Source: Balanoglossus misakiensis
Taxonomy: Eukaryota; Animalia; Hemichordata
NCBI GenBank assembly: GCA_040954595.2
Contig: CM082595.2
Coordinates: 8,352,317-8,416,316 of the forward strand
Direction: 5' to 3'
DNA length: 64,000 nucleotides
Part shown: positions 13,552 to 26,400 of the stretch, piece by piece
Numbering within the stretch: position 1 is the stretch's first letter
Layout of the letters: every line of letters begins with the position of its first letter
The notes under the pieces: model-generated
The model's database searches: none
Seen by the model: only the letters and a program-made list of their open reading frames with translations
What the model was told of the DNA's origin: nothing
Program-made: the position numbers and the translations under genes

Positions 13552-15386
13552 AGCCAAATTCGTTTAAAAACATTAAATAAATGACTCTTGAACTGTCATC
13601 TGGCACGTTGTAGTTTCTGTATCATAGGATAACATTTAGCTTTGTCATCCAATCTGAATCAGCGCTCGTGTCATATACAGCTTTCGATTCAGTGAGAATG
13701 TGTGATTGATTTGTTGTTCATTGTTCAGGTGCACAACAGTGCACGTTAATTGATTGTCAAGGCCTCCAGCCCATAGGTAAGAGGGCATAAAGGTAATCAG
13801 AAAATTGTACGAAAATGAAATAAATAATACATGTACTCAAATAATATAAATGACAACATCAAGCAGCACTTGTGTGGAAGTACGTACTCGGGATACAAAG
13901 TGAGGAACTTAGCAGATTAAGTTTTTTAACACATTTTCTCTAAGTTTAAAGGCATTGTAAACATAAATACTTGAGGATTCTGATGCGCTCATGATATTAA
14001 CAAACATTTGAATGTGGGGAATTTTAGTGTAACCAATATATTGTTTTCTAAGACTGTCATATAAGGGGCAAACAAGTAAAAAGTGATACTCGTCTTCTAT
14101 TTGTTCACCAGAGCATAGCCTACAGTGTCTCTCTGAAACGTCCACGTTCTGATCTCTTCCCTCCTCTATTGCAAGAGGAAGGGCAGAACAGCGAAAATAT
14201 GCAAAAATGTCTTTGACATTACGTGTACAGTTGACATTAACTACTTTTCAGGCTGTAACAATGATTTAAAATGTGTGTATGTACGGAGTTTGGTTTTGGA
14301 CGGACAGTGTGATTTCCATTGTTGCTTCAAAATATCTGAAATTCTTGTCTCAAATGCTGAAAGGAACAAACGCTTATCGCCTCTTTCCTGAGAAATCCAG
14401 GCGAAAATAAAATGTGTTTCACCGATGTTGCCCAAGTGTGACGGCCTAAACAGTCAAGATTACGTATGTAGCATTAAATATGCTTGCCTAGGGAGTCTTT
14501 CCTGTGGCATCTCTATAAGTTTCACCCAGTAACGAATACAACGTTTCATTGTGTGAACATACACTGGCAACCGCCCACATTCTCCAATTACAGCTTCATT
14601 GGTAGTGCTCCTTGGCACACCTAGAAAAATTCTGCACCATGTTCTTTGCACTTTTTCTATGATGTCATAAAACTCAAGTCTCCGATCCATAACAAAGAAT
14701 GGGTAAGATCATGGCATCAAACACCTTGAAGTGACATTCAAATGGCATATACCCTAGTTTCCACCTGGCAACTGAGAGTAGAGACAACACCTTGCTGGCT
14801 TGATTAGCCAATGTTTGCACTGCTCTGGACCAGGTGTTGCGATTAAACAAAAGTGAACCTAGGAGTTTGAACAATGTCCTTGTAATAGACAGGTTTTGGT
14901 TGAGACAGGTTTTACTGTATTTTGATACATGCTCTGGCTTAACCATTTCACCACCATGGTACAGTCCAAACCCGTTGTTTTCTATGGTAAGGTTGGACCT
15001 CTAAAAAGGGAACTGGGAGGTTCTTTCTGGGAATCTCTTTATTTCTTCTGTCACAAAAATTGCATGGGAGTTCTAATTCTAAAAGGAGCACTGATTTGAT
15101 AAAATATCTCAAAGTCAAGTTTTGGATGTGGCTCCAGTTCAAGTATTGTAGGTGACTAGTTTTCCGGAGTTCAAGTCTGTATACTTGCAGTAGAGTTGGT
15201 CACATGGACTTGGGTAATCTGAGTGTGGTCAGAAATTGAACTTACACACACACATTGATTGAGTTAAGAACATGTCTGGTGTATTACTGTAATATGACTA
15301 GATACTGCAAATGCATACACAATAAGCGTATGTTAAAATACACAGTTTTCATTGATATATCTGATTCATGAAATTAAATACACATG
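13552..15386. repeat. Copy 2 of the segmental duplication, including the LINE fragment (~13747..14950, minus strand)
   Basis: Near-identical to 1..1835. Confidence 0.97.
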
Positions 15387-15613
15387 ACATGGGTATTAAA
15401 TGCATATGTGGATTTCAAGTTGATTGTAAATGCCCAGTTTAATACGTGTCCAATTGCACTGTACTTCGACATTGCTAATGCAACGATGACATTGAATCTG
15501 ATTCTTTGCATCAGGGCAAATGGCGAAGCAAGCTCAATGATGCATCAGAGTAGTTGGTGATGCAAGCTCTGCACTTTGACATAGGTATTTAATGCATATG
15601 CATGGGTATTTAA

Positions 15614-16408
15614 GATGGGTCCCCCGGTTCTTTTTGCTCGTTGCTATGGGCCTTTGTAGGACATTACACCCCGATTTGGGCTAAGCCGTTTTCAGAGTCT
15701 AACACGGGGCCGGTAACTAGTTAAAAATCTGCACGATTGTGAGCGCGCGCCCCCTGACGCCATTGATATGCAAATTAGCTAGGTCAAATTTCAAAAGCCT
15801 AAGGCTTTTTATTCCGTGACCTCAAAAACGAACTTGATACGTATTCATTAGTTGCTTGAACCAGGGAAGATCGTGACGGATTTTGATTTCGAATATTATC
15901 GTTGTATCCTACGATTTCAGCATACCCGTACCACACCTGAAAAAGTCATCGATTTTGGGTGATTTTGGACACACTCTTCCACCGGTATCGCTTCTTAGCA
16001 CGACGAAAACCGAAAAAACGATCCGTCACACTGTGCGGAAGTGCGTTCTCAACAAGCAGGTCAAATTTGACTGGCGTACGTGGCCTATGAAAAAAGCCTT
16101 AGGGATTTTCGTGAACGGTACAAAATCTCTGTGTACAAAACATTGGATTTTTAGCGTTCGATCCAGTTACTCTGGTTACAGGACGCGCACGCCATCGCTG
16201 ACCGCTGCTTTGCCGTATTAGCGTGGCGGCCTATGACCGGGCGGTAGCTGCCGTAAACATACTCGGACAGGGGGTGTGCACACAATCGTGTGTATTTTTA
16301 ACAAGTTACAAGCCCCTTGTCGGACGTTCATAACGGTTTCGATCAAAATTGAGTGTAGTGTCCCATAAAGGCCCATAGCAACGAGCAAAAAGATACGGGG
16401 GACCCATC
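15614..16408. mobile_element. Kolobok-type non-autonomous DNA transposon (795 bp)
   Basis: TTAA TSD (15610-13, 16409-12), GA...TC termini (not the CCY of piggyBac), ~140-bp imperfect TIRs, no transposase ORF. Confidence 0.85.
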
Positions 16409-16648
16409 TTAAAGCATGTTGAGATTTATCGTGTAATGTGCTATATAAGTAATAAATATTGTGTACAATAACACTTGTTTTATTGGAGTTTAAATGGAGC
16501 TGGGATCGAGGATGTGGGAGTTGGTCCTGGGACGAGGCTACCTCGTGGTTTTTTGCCCAGACGGACAGCGGACATTTTGTATGACGCTCGCCGAAACTGC
16601 TTTAATTTCGATCTTTCCCGGACATACCCCCAATAGTCACCAGTTACA

Positions 16649-17638
16649 ATGTCAGAAGATTACAGCTTTGTTGAATGGTGTGAAGCGGCGGGTCTTTCAA
16701 AAGACACTATCAGCTCACTAACCACCTCCCAGGTCACATCCTCCGAAGTACTGTAGTGCCTCAGCGACCAAGACATTGTCGACCTACAACTACACATCGG
16801 TCAACATGGACTGCTTCGCCAGTTGCGAAACAAACTATGCTCTCAAAAAGCGGAATCCAAGCCCGTGGACACGCCGAAGCCCGCCGGCGAGGCCACCAAA
16901 GAGGTAACCACACAAGACTTGGCAAAAAACAAGGCACTGAATGAGCTCCTCGAAGCCCTAGGCAACGATGCCCTCAAAGACGTCCTGTCCGACCAACCAC
17001 AGGCCACAAACGCAAAGCCAGCCCCCGGGAAAGGTGAGCGAAAACCCCTACTAATTCCGGACTATGTCACCACGAAAAAGGGTTCGTTCGATCAACCAGA
17101 CGAAACTGAACTGGCCGCCGACGGAGACACAAAATTAGTTATGCGAACAGCAAAACAACGACCGCGACCGGACCAAGTTTCACTGCCACAGTGGATATCA
17201 GCCAATGCCCGCATTTTAAAGGCACTGATCGCCCGCGGTATGTCCACGGAAGAGACACTGGCATATCTCGATCATACAATTAATATTGGTGACTACACTC
17301 AGTCATTCACAATCCCATCGGTCCTGACTTACGATCACGAGTGCAGGAAAAAGCAGGCTGCCGATTCGCTCGCGTGGGGAGCCGTAGACCTTCACCTGTC
17401 ACTCTATCACCTTGATGAGCGGCAAGTCGCGCCTCAGCAAAAAGGGAAAAATACCACAGGCAACTCCAAAGGTCGCAGTTATGATTCGAAAGGCTAGGAA
17501 ATTTGCTTCGATTTCCAAAACCCACCGGGCTGCAACCGCACCTACTGTCGTTTTGCGCACATATGCATCGAGGACGGGTGCCACAAAGATCACCCACAAC
17601 ACCGCCACAAATCGCTAACTTCGAACAATCATGCCTAG
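16649..17638 (+). pseudogene. gag: Ngaro Gag (N-terminal SAM-like region, C-terminal CCCH finger), two premature TAG stops
   Basis: ATG 16649 in frame with ORF 16823; TAG at 16754 and 17495; ends ICFDFQNPPGCNRTYCRFAHIC. Confidence 0.85.
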
Positions 17639-17649
17639 GATAAGGTTGC

Positions 17650-19260
17650 TAGCCCTCTTACTGATCACCTGGCAACGTGGAATGATGAACTGGAAAATGA
17701 CATGGATCGCGACTTCATACTCAACGGTTTAAAATTTGGTCTCGATATCATTACCCCTGGTACCCCCCTTCAAAACGTGGACAGAAAAAAGCTATGCGTC
17801 ATGCTCTGACCCTGCTAATCGCAAGGCAGTCGAGGAACAAATTATCCATGAGGTTGATGTGGGTAATTACCGTGTCACAGCGGAGAAGCCTCAAATAATT
17901 AGCAGTTTAGGTGCCATCCCCAAGAAAAACTCTGACAAAGTCAGACTCATACACGACTGCAGCCGCCCAGTAGGAGGCGGTGTCAACGCGTACGCTTCTA
18001 CTTCAACTTTTAAATATGAAACTATAGATCACGCGGTGCAACTGTGCAAAGTTGGTTCATATCTCGCGAAAGTGGACTTGAAGTCAGCGTACCGTTCGGT
18101 CCCTATAAGCACGGACTCGCAGCGAGCTACAGGTCTCCGCTACAAATTTTCAGGACAGAATACCTCTACTTATATGGTGGACACCAGGCTACCATTCGGG
18201 GCAGCCAAAAGCCCAGAAATTTTCACCCGCATAACGCAAAGCGTCACCAGAATGATGTGCAGAAAAGGGTACCAGGCGGTAATTGTTTATCTTGATGATT
18301 TTCTGATTATAGCAGACTCCAAATTTGCTTGCGAGCAAGCATTTCTGGCTTTATTACAACTTTTACAGAACCTTGGCTTCACAATAAACTGGGACAAAGT
18401 GGTAAACCCAACACAGCAGCTGACATTTCTTGGCATAGAGATAAATGCACGCACACGGACGCTTTCCCTCAATAAGGGCAAATTACAGGACTTGAGCGAC
18501 CTTTTGCAACACTGGCTTCCTAAGCGGCGAACAACCAAACGCGAACTCCAACAACTACTTGGCAAACTCAACTGGGCAGCACGGGTTATTCGCGGCGGAC
18601 GCACATTTTTGAGACGTCTTATTGACTTGTCAAACTCAGTTTCACAGCAGTCTCATCACATACGCCTTCACAGGCACGCGAGAGCGGACATCCAATGGTG
18701 GACAAATCTGAGCAAAATTTTCAATGGTACGGCTTTCTTCATTGAGGAGACTCCGTTGCCCCAACAGGTTTTCACCACTGATGCATGCGCAATAGCGGGA
18801 GCAGGTATTTTCGCGAATGACTGGTTTTATACACAGTGGTCGGCCGACCACCCTATCTTGGCAGACATGCACATCAACTTACAGGAACTGTATACAGTCC
18901 TGATTGCATGCAGGCGATGGTGTTGTTTCTGGGACAAACGCCACATAGTGGTATATACAGACAATACCACAACCATGTACGCCATTAACTCTGGTACATC
19001 CCGCAACAAAGCGGCTATGGAATGGCTTCGCGAGTTGTTCTGGCTGTCGGCACTATTTAATTTCCACATCACAGCCCGATACGTGAGCACCAAGGACAAC
19101 AGCGCAGACTCCTTATCGCGTTTACACTCTGCCAAACACTACTTCACAGCAGTGAACCTTCTCGCCAATCACCAGCTACACCCGCTAAGAGATTGGTATC
19201 GCCATATGACGGATGCTTCTTACTCTCTTCTACTTCAGGGCCTGTGCAGCAACAGTTACA
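17650..19260 (+). pseudogene. Ngaro RT-RNase H (frameshift near 17785)
   Basis: RLIHDCS, KVDLKSAY, LPFG, YLDDF, TTDAC, INLQEL, YTDN, ADSLSR; boundaries approximate. Confidence 0.92.
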
Positions 19261-20239
19261 CCAGCTGGATATGGACATCGGCAAATACAAGCACGCAGCA
19301 TATGCAGAATCAACAAAGAAAACATACAGCTCTCAACGTACTGCCTACCTCCGGTTTTGTCTCTACTTCGGCCTCAGGCCTGTGCCCTGCACGCAACTCA
19401 CCGTCTGCAGATACATTGTCTTCCTGGCTCGGTCACTAAAACCTAGTAGCCTCCCAGGATATTTGAACATTATTAGACTCTTACATGCTGAAGCTGGCTA
19501 CGCCAACCCTTTAGAGAACAACTGGCTCCTTTGTATTTTGAAGCGGGGCATAGCTAGGACTCACAGGGTCCCACCCAGCCAAAAACTGCCAATCTCGCCT
19601 TCAATACTGAAGGACATTCACTCACACCTGGATCTGTCAATCCCCTTCAATGCCACATTTTGGTGCGCTTGTCTTTTCGCATTTTTCACCTTCGCCAGAA
19701 AGTCCACATTGTTGTTAAAAGATCAAACACTGCCAAATTCCAGTAAGTAATTGCGCAGAGATGATGTGTCCGTTCACAACGGTCTGGCTACCATTACGGT
19801 CCGCCACACAAAAACTATCCAGTATGGCCAACGAGTACTAGAGTTGCCCCTTCAACAAATTGCCAACTCCTGCCTATGTCCGGTGGCAGCTTTCCACCAG
19901 ATGCTTCATCTCTCCCCATCAGAGGAACCTCATACCCATTTATTTTCATATCGACCATCAGTCAATGCACCCACATCCTGCCCTCAGGTTCTCACTCATT
20001 CAAAGTTTACAAAGACACTCAGACTAGTCCTGAGCAATTGTGGCTACAAACCATCCCTGTATTCGGGTCATTCATTTCGCAGGGGAGGGGCAACATTTGC
20101 GGTGAACTTGGGTATTCCCCCTCTTCTCATCAAATTACAAGGCGGCTGGAGCTCAAATGCCTTCAAACGCTATACTGTCATTTCCTCGGAAACCAAATGT
20201 AGAGTCGCCAAATCCCTGGCGTTAGCCTTATCAGATTAG
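19193..20239 (+). pseudogene. Tyrosine recombinase (one in-frame TAA at 19748-19750)
   Basis: AFFTFARKS (catalytic R), HTKT (K), GHSFRRGGAT (HxxR), GGWSS..RY (W, Y); 19751 continues in the same frame. Confidence 0.93.
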
Positions 20240-23200
20240 TAAGGGCGCTAGCACGCACTGCCTGTGTTGGGGGTATTGTTTGGCGGTTTTTCAGGCTATT
20301 TAGCCGGTCAACATGAGAAATTAAACTAGTTGACCTTTACCCCCAAAACTTGTGTCTGTTTTATTAGTTTGTTAGTGATAGTAGTGTTGCCATTTAAGTG
20401 TACAATATCACTTGTTTTATTGGAGTTTAAATGGAGCTGGGATCGAGGATGTGGGAGTTGGTCCTGGGACGAGGCTACCTCGTGGTTTTTTTGCCCAGAC
20501 GGACAGCGGACATTCCCCACCCTCCCTCCCATTGTTTAAAAAAATACGATAATGTTATTAAAAGTTAAGAGCTTTATCGTTAGAAGCGCTTTTAGTGTTA
20601 CATGCTTCGCCTCTGCATTCTGTAATTCCTGTTCTGGCGGTTTTTCAGGCTATTTAGCCGGTCAACATGAGAAATTAAAATAGTTGACCTTTACCCCCAA
20701 CACTTGTGTCTGTTTTATTAGTTTGTTAGTGATAGTAGTGCTGCCATTTAAATATTAATATTATTACATAAACGACACTCTTACTTAGCATAGGAATTGG
20801 TCAGGTGAACTATATTCGCAGAGCTGACCAATTGTTTAAGTAAAATTCAAGTTGGGTAATATGGACGTATTCACATTTACAAACTGTGCTATGTATGGGA
20901 TAGTGATGTTGCCTAATTTGAACGTCTCCACATTTACTTGAATTCTAGTAGTAGCTAAACAAGGCTGCCTATAAAAAGATCATTGTGAAACATACACAAC
21001 ACTTTTATTGAGCATGGGAAATGTTAATGAGAACTGTGTTCTCGGAGCTCACAAACAGTGTTATGGGAAATTCAAGCTGCTAAACTTGCATGTCTCTACA
21101 TTTACTGAAATTCTGATTATGAGCTAAATAAGGCAATGTATGGGAATGTCATTTTACCGCATACTGTCACACAACATTTCTATTTAGCATGGGAAATAGT
21201 CTTAAGAACAGTATTCTCAGAGTTGACAAACTGTGTTATGTGTAGGATATTCAAGTTGCCTAATTGACAATTGTTAGCAACCAGTTGTCTTCAAGAAGGT
21301 TTGGGGCACCAACCTCAACGTGCTTTATTCTCACTACATTTAGGTACCCAGGTATGCTAGATGGTTTTAGTGATCTATAAAGTTACCTTGTATATTGAGC
21401 AACTGTTAACTTGGAGTGTTGCTCAATGATAGGAAAGTCCTTTGTTCATTTTCAAAAATGTGAACAAAACACACTGAGTTATGTACGGGATATTGATGTT
21501 GCCTAATTTGCATGTCTCCACATTTACTTAAACTCTAAAAGGGAGACAAATGTCGCAGCAGAGGGAAAATAATTATGCCACACCGACACATTTATTGAGC
21601 ATGGGAAATGTTCATGAGAACTGTCTTATGAGAATTCTCAGGGCTCACAAACTGTGTTATAGGAAATCTGACAAGGAATCCAAACTGTAACACATACACA
21701 ACATTGTTATTTAGCCTGGGAAATGGTCCTGAGAACAATATTCTCAGAGTTGACAAACTGTGTTATGTGCATGTTATATTGATGTTGTCTAATTTGTACG
21801 CCTGTACATTTATTAATACTCTGACAGTGAGCTTAATAACGCAGCGCCGGCTAAGGTCATGTTGCCATGTACACAACATTTTTAATTAGCATAGGTAATG
21901 GTCATGATAACTTCATTTGCAGAGCTGTCAAACTGTGTTATGTGAAATTCATGTTGCCTTTTTCGTGATGATGGCTTGTGGTACACAAGGGTTAACAGCA
22001 ATCAGCAATTGCTTGTATGAAGGGTATGATGATTGGTTTACAAATGTGAATGGTATAATAATGGGCAACACACGTGGAAGGGTTTAATAAACAGTTAACA
22101 AATGTGGTGATGGTTTGCGGTAAAATTGAGTGTACACAGATTATAATGGGCCAAACAATGAGTATAATAAAGATAATTGCACTGTGCATGTCCCGCACTT
22201 TGGCCCCTCACTATTGTATTTTCGACACCCTTACATACCTTTTAATGATGGTGAAGGGTTTTATGTGAATGGTGTAATAAAGGTTAACAAATGTGGTGAT
22301 AGCTTTGGTGTACAGGCTGTAAATGTTGATAGTAATGACAAAGGTATAATAATAAAAGCTTAAATAAGTGTCGGGGTATACTCATCATGATGGTTCGTTC
22401 ATTGGTTAATGTGTATATTTTATGAATAACATGCTATTGTTTCTCAGATAGTTCATAATCAGGATTTTTCCATGCACATCGTCATCATGATTCAGTGGAA
22501 TTCTTCGGAATGGTACCTGTGATCATTTTCACGCACCGACACACTGTACGCGGCAGACATGCAGAAAATATTAACACGTAACTCGCACGCATAATGTTAA
22601 ATCTAAACGACTATATGTTAGGTTAGCTTCAACTCCCCACCCCATCCACATTCCACATTTAGCTTGCAGTGAGGTTTTGGGGTAGTACCGATTGGGAAAC
22701 TTCAAGGTTCATTCACTGTATCAAATATTGGATTTGTCACACTGTGTCTGGGGTGGGTAAAACATGGAGAAATGTTGTCAGTAAACTTTAACCAGGCAGG
22801 TCACATGAAAGGAAGATTTTATTGTTTGAGTTCGATGACATACATGATAAGATTTGTCACTTTTGACACCTTTTTGCAATTTGACTTAGACGCAGATGTA
22901 TCTTTTCATTTGGACACTGTTATGTTTACTGACTCGGTGAGATCAGGTAACGTTTTGTGTAACTCTTTTAATGAGAAACTTCAACTGGAACACGAACACA
23001 ACAACTGTACGTTCTGCTAGTACAAGATGGCAGCCATGAACGCAGGGAAAAAACATGACCTTACAATGTCATATAAACTCTGCTAGAGGGCGCTCTATCA
23101 AAGCATTGCATGTGGTATGCTATAGTGGGTTATAGGCATATCATAACATCCCCCTCCTTAAGCTGGATAGCAAACTTGTGAAAAGTGTATTGCGATAAAT

Positions 23201-23410
23201 GTTCAGACACAGAGTCCATAATGTTCTATCAACTGAGAGTTCCTATCAGTCTATGAATTCATGCAAACAGTGTTCATTGTAATGTTCAAATAACGCTAAA
23301 GTTTTGACACTGGGAATAACACCAACACTGTGAAATGTACTGCAAGATTTTCAGCTTTGTGAAATGTTTTAACAAGAATGCAACATCAACAACTAATGGT
23401 CTCTGGTGAT

Positions 23411-26400
23411 TCACGAGAGTACAAAATCATCGAATTTGCTCGGTAGTTTACTGTTCCGCTTTGGGCGATCCACAGAACAAGGAGCAAGTGTTTCTTGAGC
23501 GGTGTCTGCCTTGAGTGCACATCTGACATCTGGCTGGCGATCACCTGTTTCATCAGTTGCAGTGCGGCTGGATGCTGCATTGTGGTGCGGTTGGTGCGTG
23601 GGCTTTACATGAACTAAATCATGCTGATATTGAACTCCCTCCGGGGTCCGGATGGTGTATCTGCGATCAGACGACTTGTCAATCACCGTAGCTGGTTGCC
23701 AGGTTGACTTTGGTGTCTTCTGAAATCTGCATGGGGAGCCAATATGGAGTGGCATTTTTTCAGCATGTCCTCCATGAGGTATGTAAGAGGTCAAAACTCG
23801 GTAGTCTGCACCAGGTTCTGCGCCAGGCGCATTTTCATAAAAGGGAACTCTGCGCCATGTGTTTGCACCATGCATTCTGCGCCACCCTTTGCGCCAAGCG
23901 ATCTGCGCCACCCTATTCACGTACGTGCATGTGTAGGATGGACGGTAACAACGCAGCGTCCCAGTACACGCACAATATACACGTTTGTACATTACATGTT
24001 TATTTCAAATGAAAGGTAATTAAAAAGAACTTTTGTACAGCGTGTAATTTCTGAAAATTGTTGAGAAAAAAAAAGTAAATTCAAGTTCGTTCGCGGGCTG
24101 AATGGGTTAACAGGAACAGTTGGTTTCCTGGAAACTACTGATAACTTCGTAAACAACGTTCAGTCTATTATTTCTTCAGAAAACCGTTGAGAGATGATTG
24201 TTTTAGGGAACATCGCTTCTGCACAATGGCGTTCGGTCATCAATTTCAAATTCTGGATTTCGGTGAGATAGCGAGTCGCCATCTGGGTCGACGTTTTCAG
24301 TGTTGTCACTCATGTTTTACTGTCATAATTAATATTCACCGATAAGATTAATAAATCGCCGCCCTAGTCGACACTACGTGGCCTCACTGTAGGTTGTATT
24401 GTTTACAACAGAGATTCACACCTCGCCAAGGGGTGGCTTATCAGTAAATTGCTAACGAAGTGTTGACAAACCGTCGTCTTGACTATTGTTCGGAAGACAG
24501 GAAAACCAAAATTAGCACATCGTTGCGGTAATTTTTGATGAAAGACATGATGTCAACCTTTTCAATGAAGTGATCGGTTGAATTTGAGGGGTGGGACCGA
24601 CCAACGCTGTCGGTGTTCGAAGTGGCAATGATCACTTTACGTGATGTCATCACGAGAATGCGTCGCGTTATCGACCAAAATTCGTGTAATAACCCCTTTA
24701 TCGTACATGCCTACCTATAAAACAGTACGATTTGCGAAAATGCACCGAGAAAAACAATTTCACGGCCAGAAATTTGAACAGGACGTCCTGAGATCACAGC
24801 AGTAGCCCATAGCCAAGTGAAACTGGGCGATGCGATCAGGTGATCAACGTGTAGGCAGTAGTATCATTCTAAGGGGCTGGCAGCTTCAATTACGATGGGC
24901 ACATCCGCATTCTGAATAAAATTGTCTACGTTCTCTTTCCAAATAACAAGTTAACAATTATTTTGCATTGAAAAATACGACGCAAGAAAAATGATACATT
25001 CAACATGGCAAAACCACCAGGTTTGAAAACGTTATTACATGCTTTATTTTTATCGATCGTCCATCAATGGTCCCCTAGGACTGCGAGGCGAACGCGAACG
25101 AGACCCAGGCTCCACTGGGACGCCGCGTTGTTGCCGTCCATCCTACACATGCACGTACGTACGCAGATCGCTTGGCGCAAAGGGTGGCGCAGAATGCATG
25201 GTGCAAACACATGGCGCAGAGTTCCCTTTTATGAAAATGCGCCTGGCGCAGAACCTGGTGCAGACTACCGAGTTTTGACCTCTTACATACCTGCCTCCAT
25301 TTGAGTTTGCTCGCTGCTCGATTCTGTCTCTGTAGACATCTGAGGCTGGTTGATGACCGTACCGGTACTGTATGAATGGAAGATTTGTCTCCACCTTTCT
25401 GCCGGGGAACATCAACGTGAATGGAGACGGAACGTCTGCTGTGATGGGTGTATCACGTAGCGTTGTGAGGATTTCTCTCAGGTTTTCCTCTCCTTTCTTG
25501 AGCGACTTTTAAGCATGGCTTTCACCGTGCCTCTTCCTGCACGCCCATTCGCTTGTTGGTGATAGGGTGCACTGGTGGAATACCATATTTCATGGGATCT
25601 GCTGTACTCGTGGTATCATTCCTCACTTATGAGTTGTGAGCCGTTGTCGGAAATCAATTTCTCGGGGTAGCCGAAATTGGAGAAAATTTCGTCTAGCTTG
25701 CCGATGACTGTTGAGCTTCGTGTGTTGGGTAGCTTGTTTGCCCAGACGAAACCTGTGTAGTAGTCAACGCTAAGCAGGTACTGAGATGACTCAAACTCGA
25801 ATACGTCGCTGCCAATCGTCTGCATGGCTTCAATGCTGTGGATTGGTTGTACTGGAAGCTTGGTTTGGCTTCGCTGATATGACATGATATGATATGATAT
25901 TGGTTACAGTCGCGTACCATGTTTTCGATGTCTGCGTTCAGACCGGGCCAGTACACTGATTGTCGGGCTCGAAGTCTGGTTTTCTCGACACCTTGGTGCT
26001 GTTGGTGAAGTACTTGTAGGATGTGTTGACTCATACTGGACGGTATGACGATTCTGTGACCTTTCAGCACAACACCCTTAGAGCGATGCTGTCAGTATGC
26101 GTGGGCTGTTTCGTTGCACTGGTTCTTCTCTTTCGGCCATCCGTTTGTTATGTACACAGACAATGACTGAAGAACTGAGTCAGCGTCAGTCAGTTGGCGG
26201 ATCCGATCTATGACAAAGGGCTTCATAGTGGAAATTTCGTGCACATGAACATCAACATCAGGAAACTGATATGTGGTCTGCTTCGTGTCTACGCATCTGG
26301 AAAAACAGTCGGCGAGTGGTACGTCCTGACCTGGGACGTAATGGATAGCGTACTTGTATCCCTGTATGTGTAGAATCAGTCTCTGCAGCCTAACTGGCAT

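Larger units (their letters stand above)
16461..20751 (+). mobile_element. Full-length Ngaro-type tyrosine-recombinase retrotransposon with split direct repeats (A1...B1 A2 B2)
   Basis: A1 16461..16576 = A2 20398..20514; B1 20281..20397 = B2 20635..20751; overlapping gag, RT-RNaseH and YR ORFs; no methyltransferase domain; no clear TSD. Confidence 0.93.

Noticed and set aside
15614-16408. piggyBac assignment
   Set aside because: TTAA TSD fits, but termini are GA..TC rather than CCY..RGG, favouring Kolobok
16461-20751. Bacterial prophage, integron or retron (RT + phage-type integrase)
   Set aside because: Gag, RNase H and split direct repeats define a eukaryotic YR retrotransposon
23411-25415. 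Duplicated ORFs (QIAWRKGWRRMHG..., YVRGQNSVV...)
   Set aside because: Translations of the two TIRs of the foldback element
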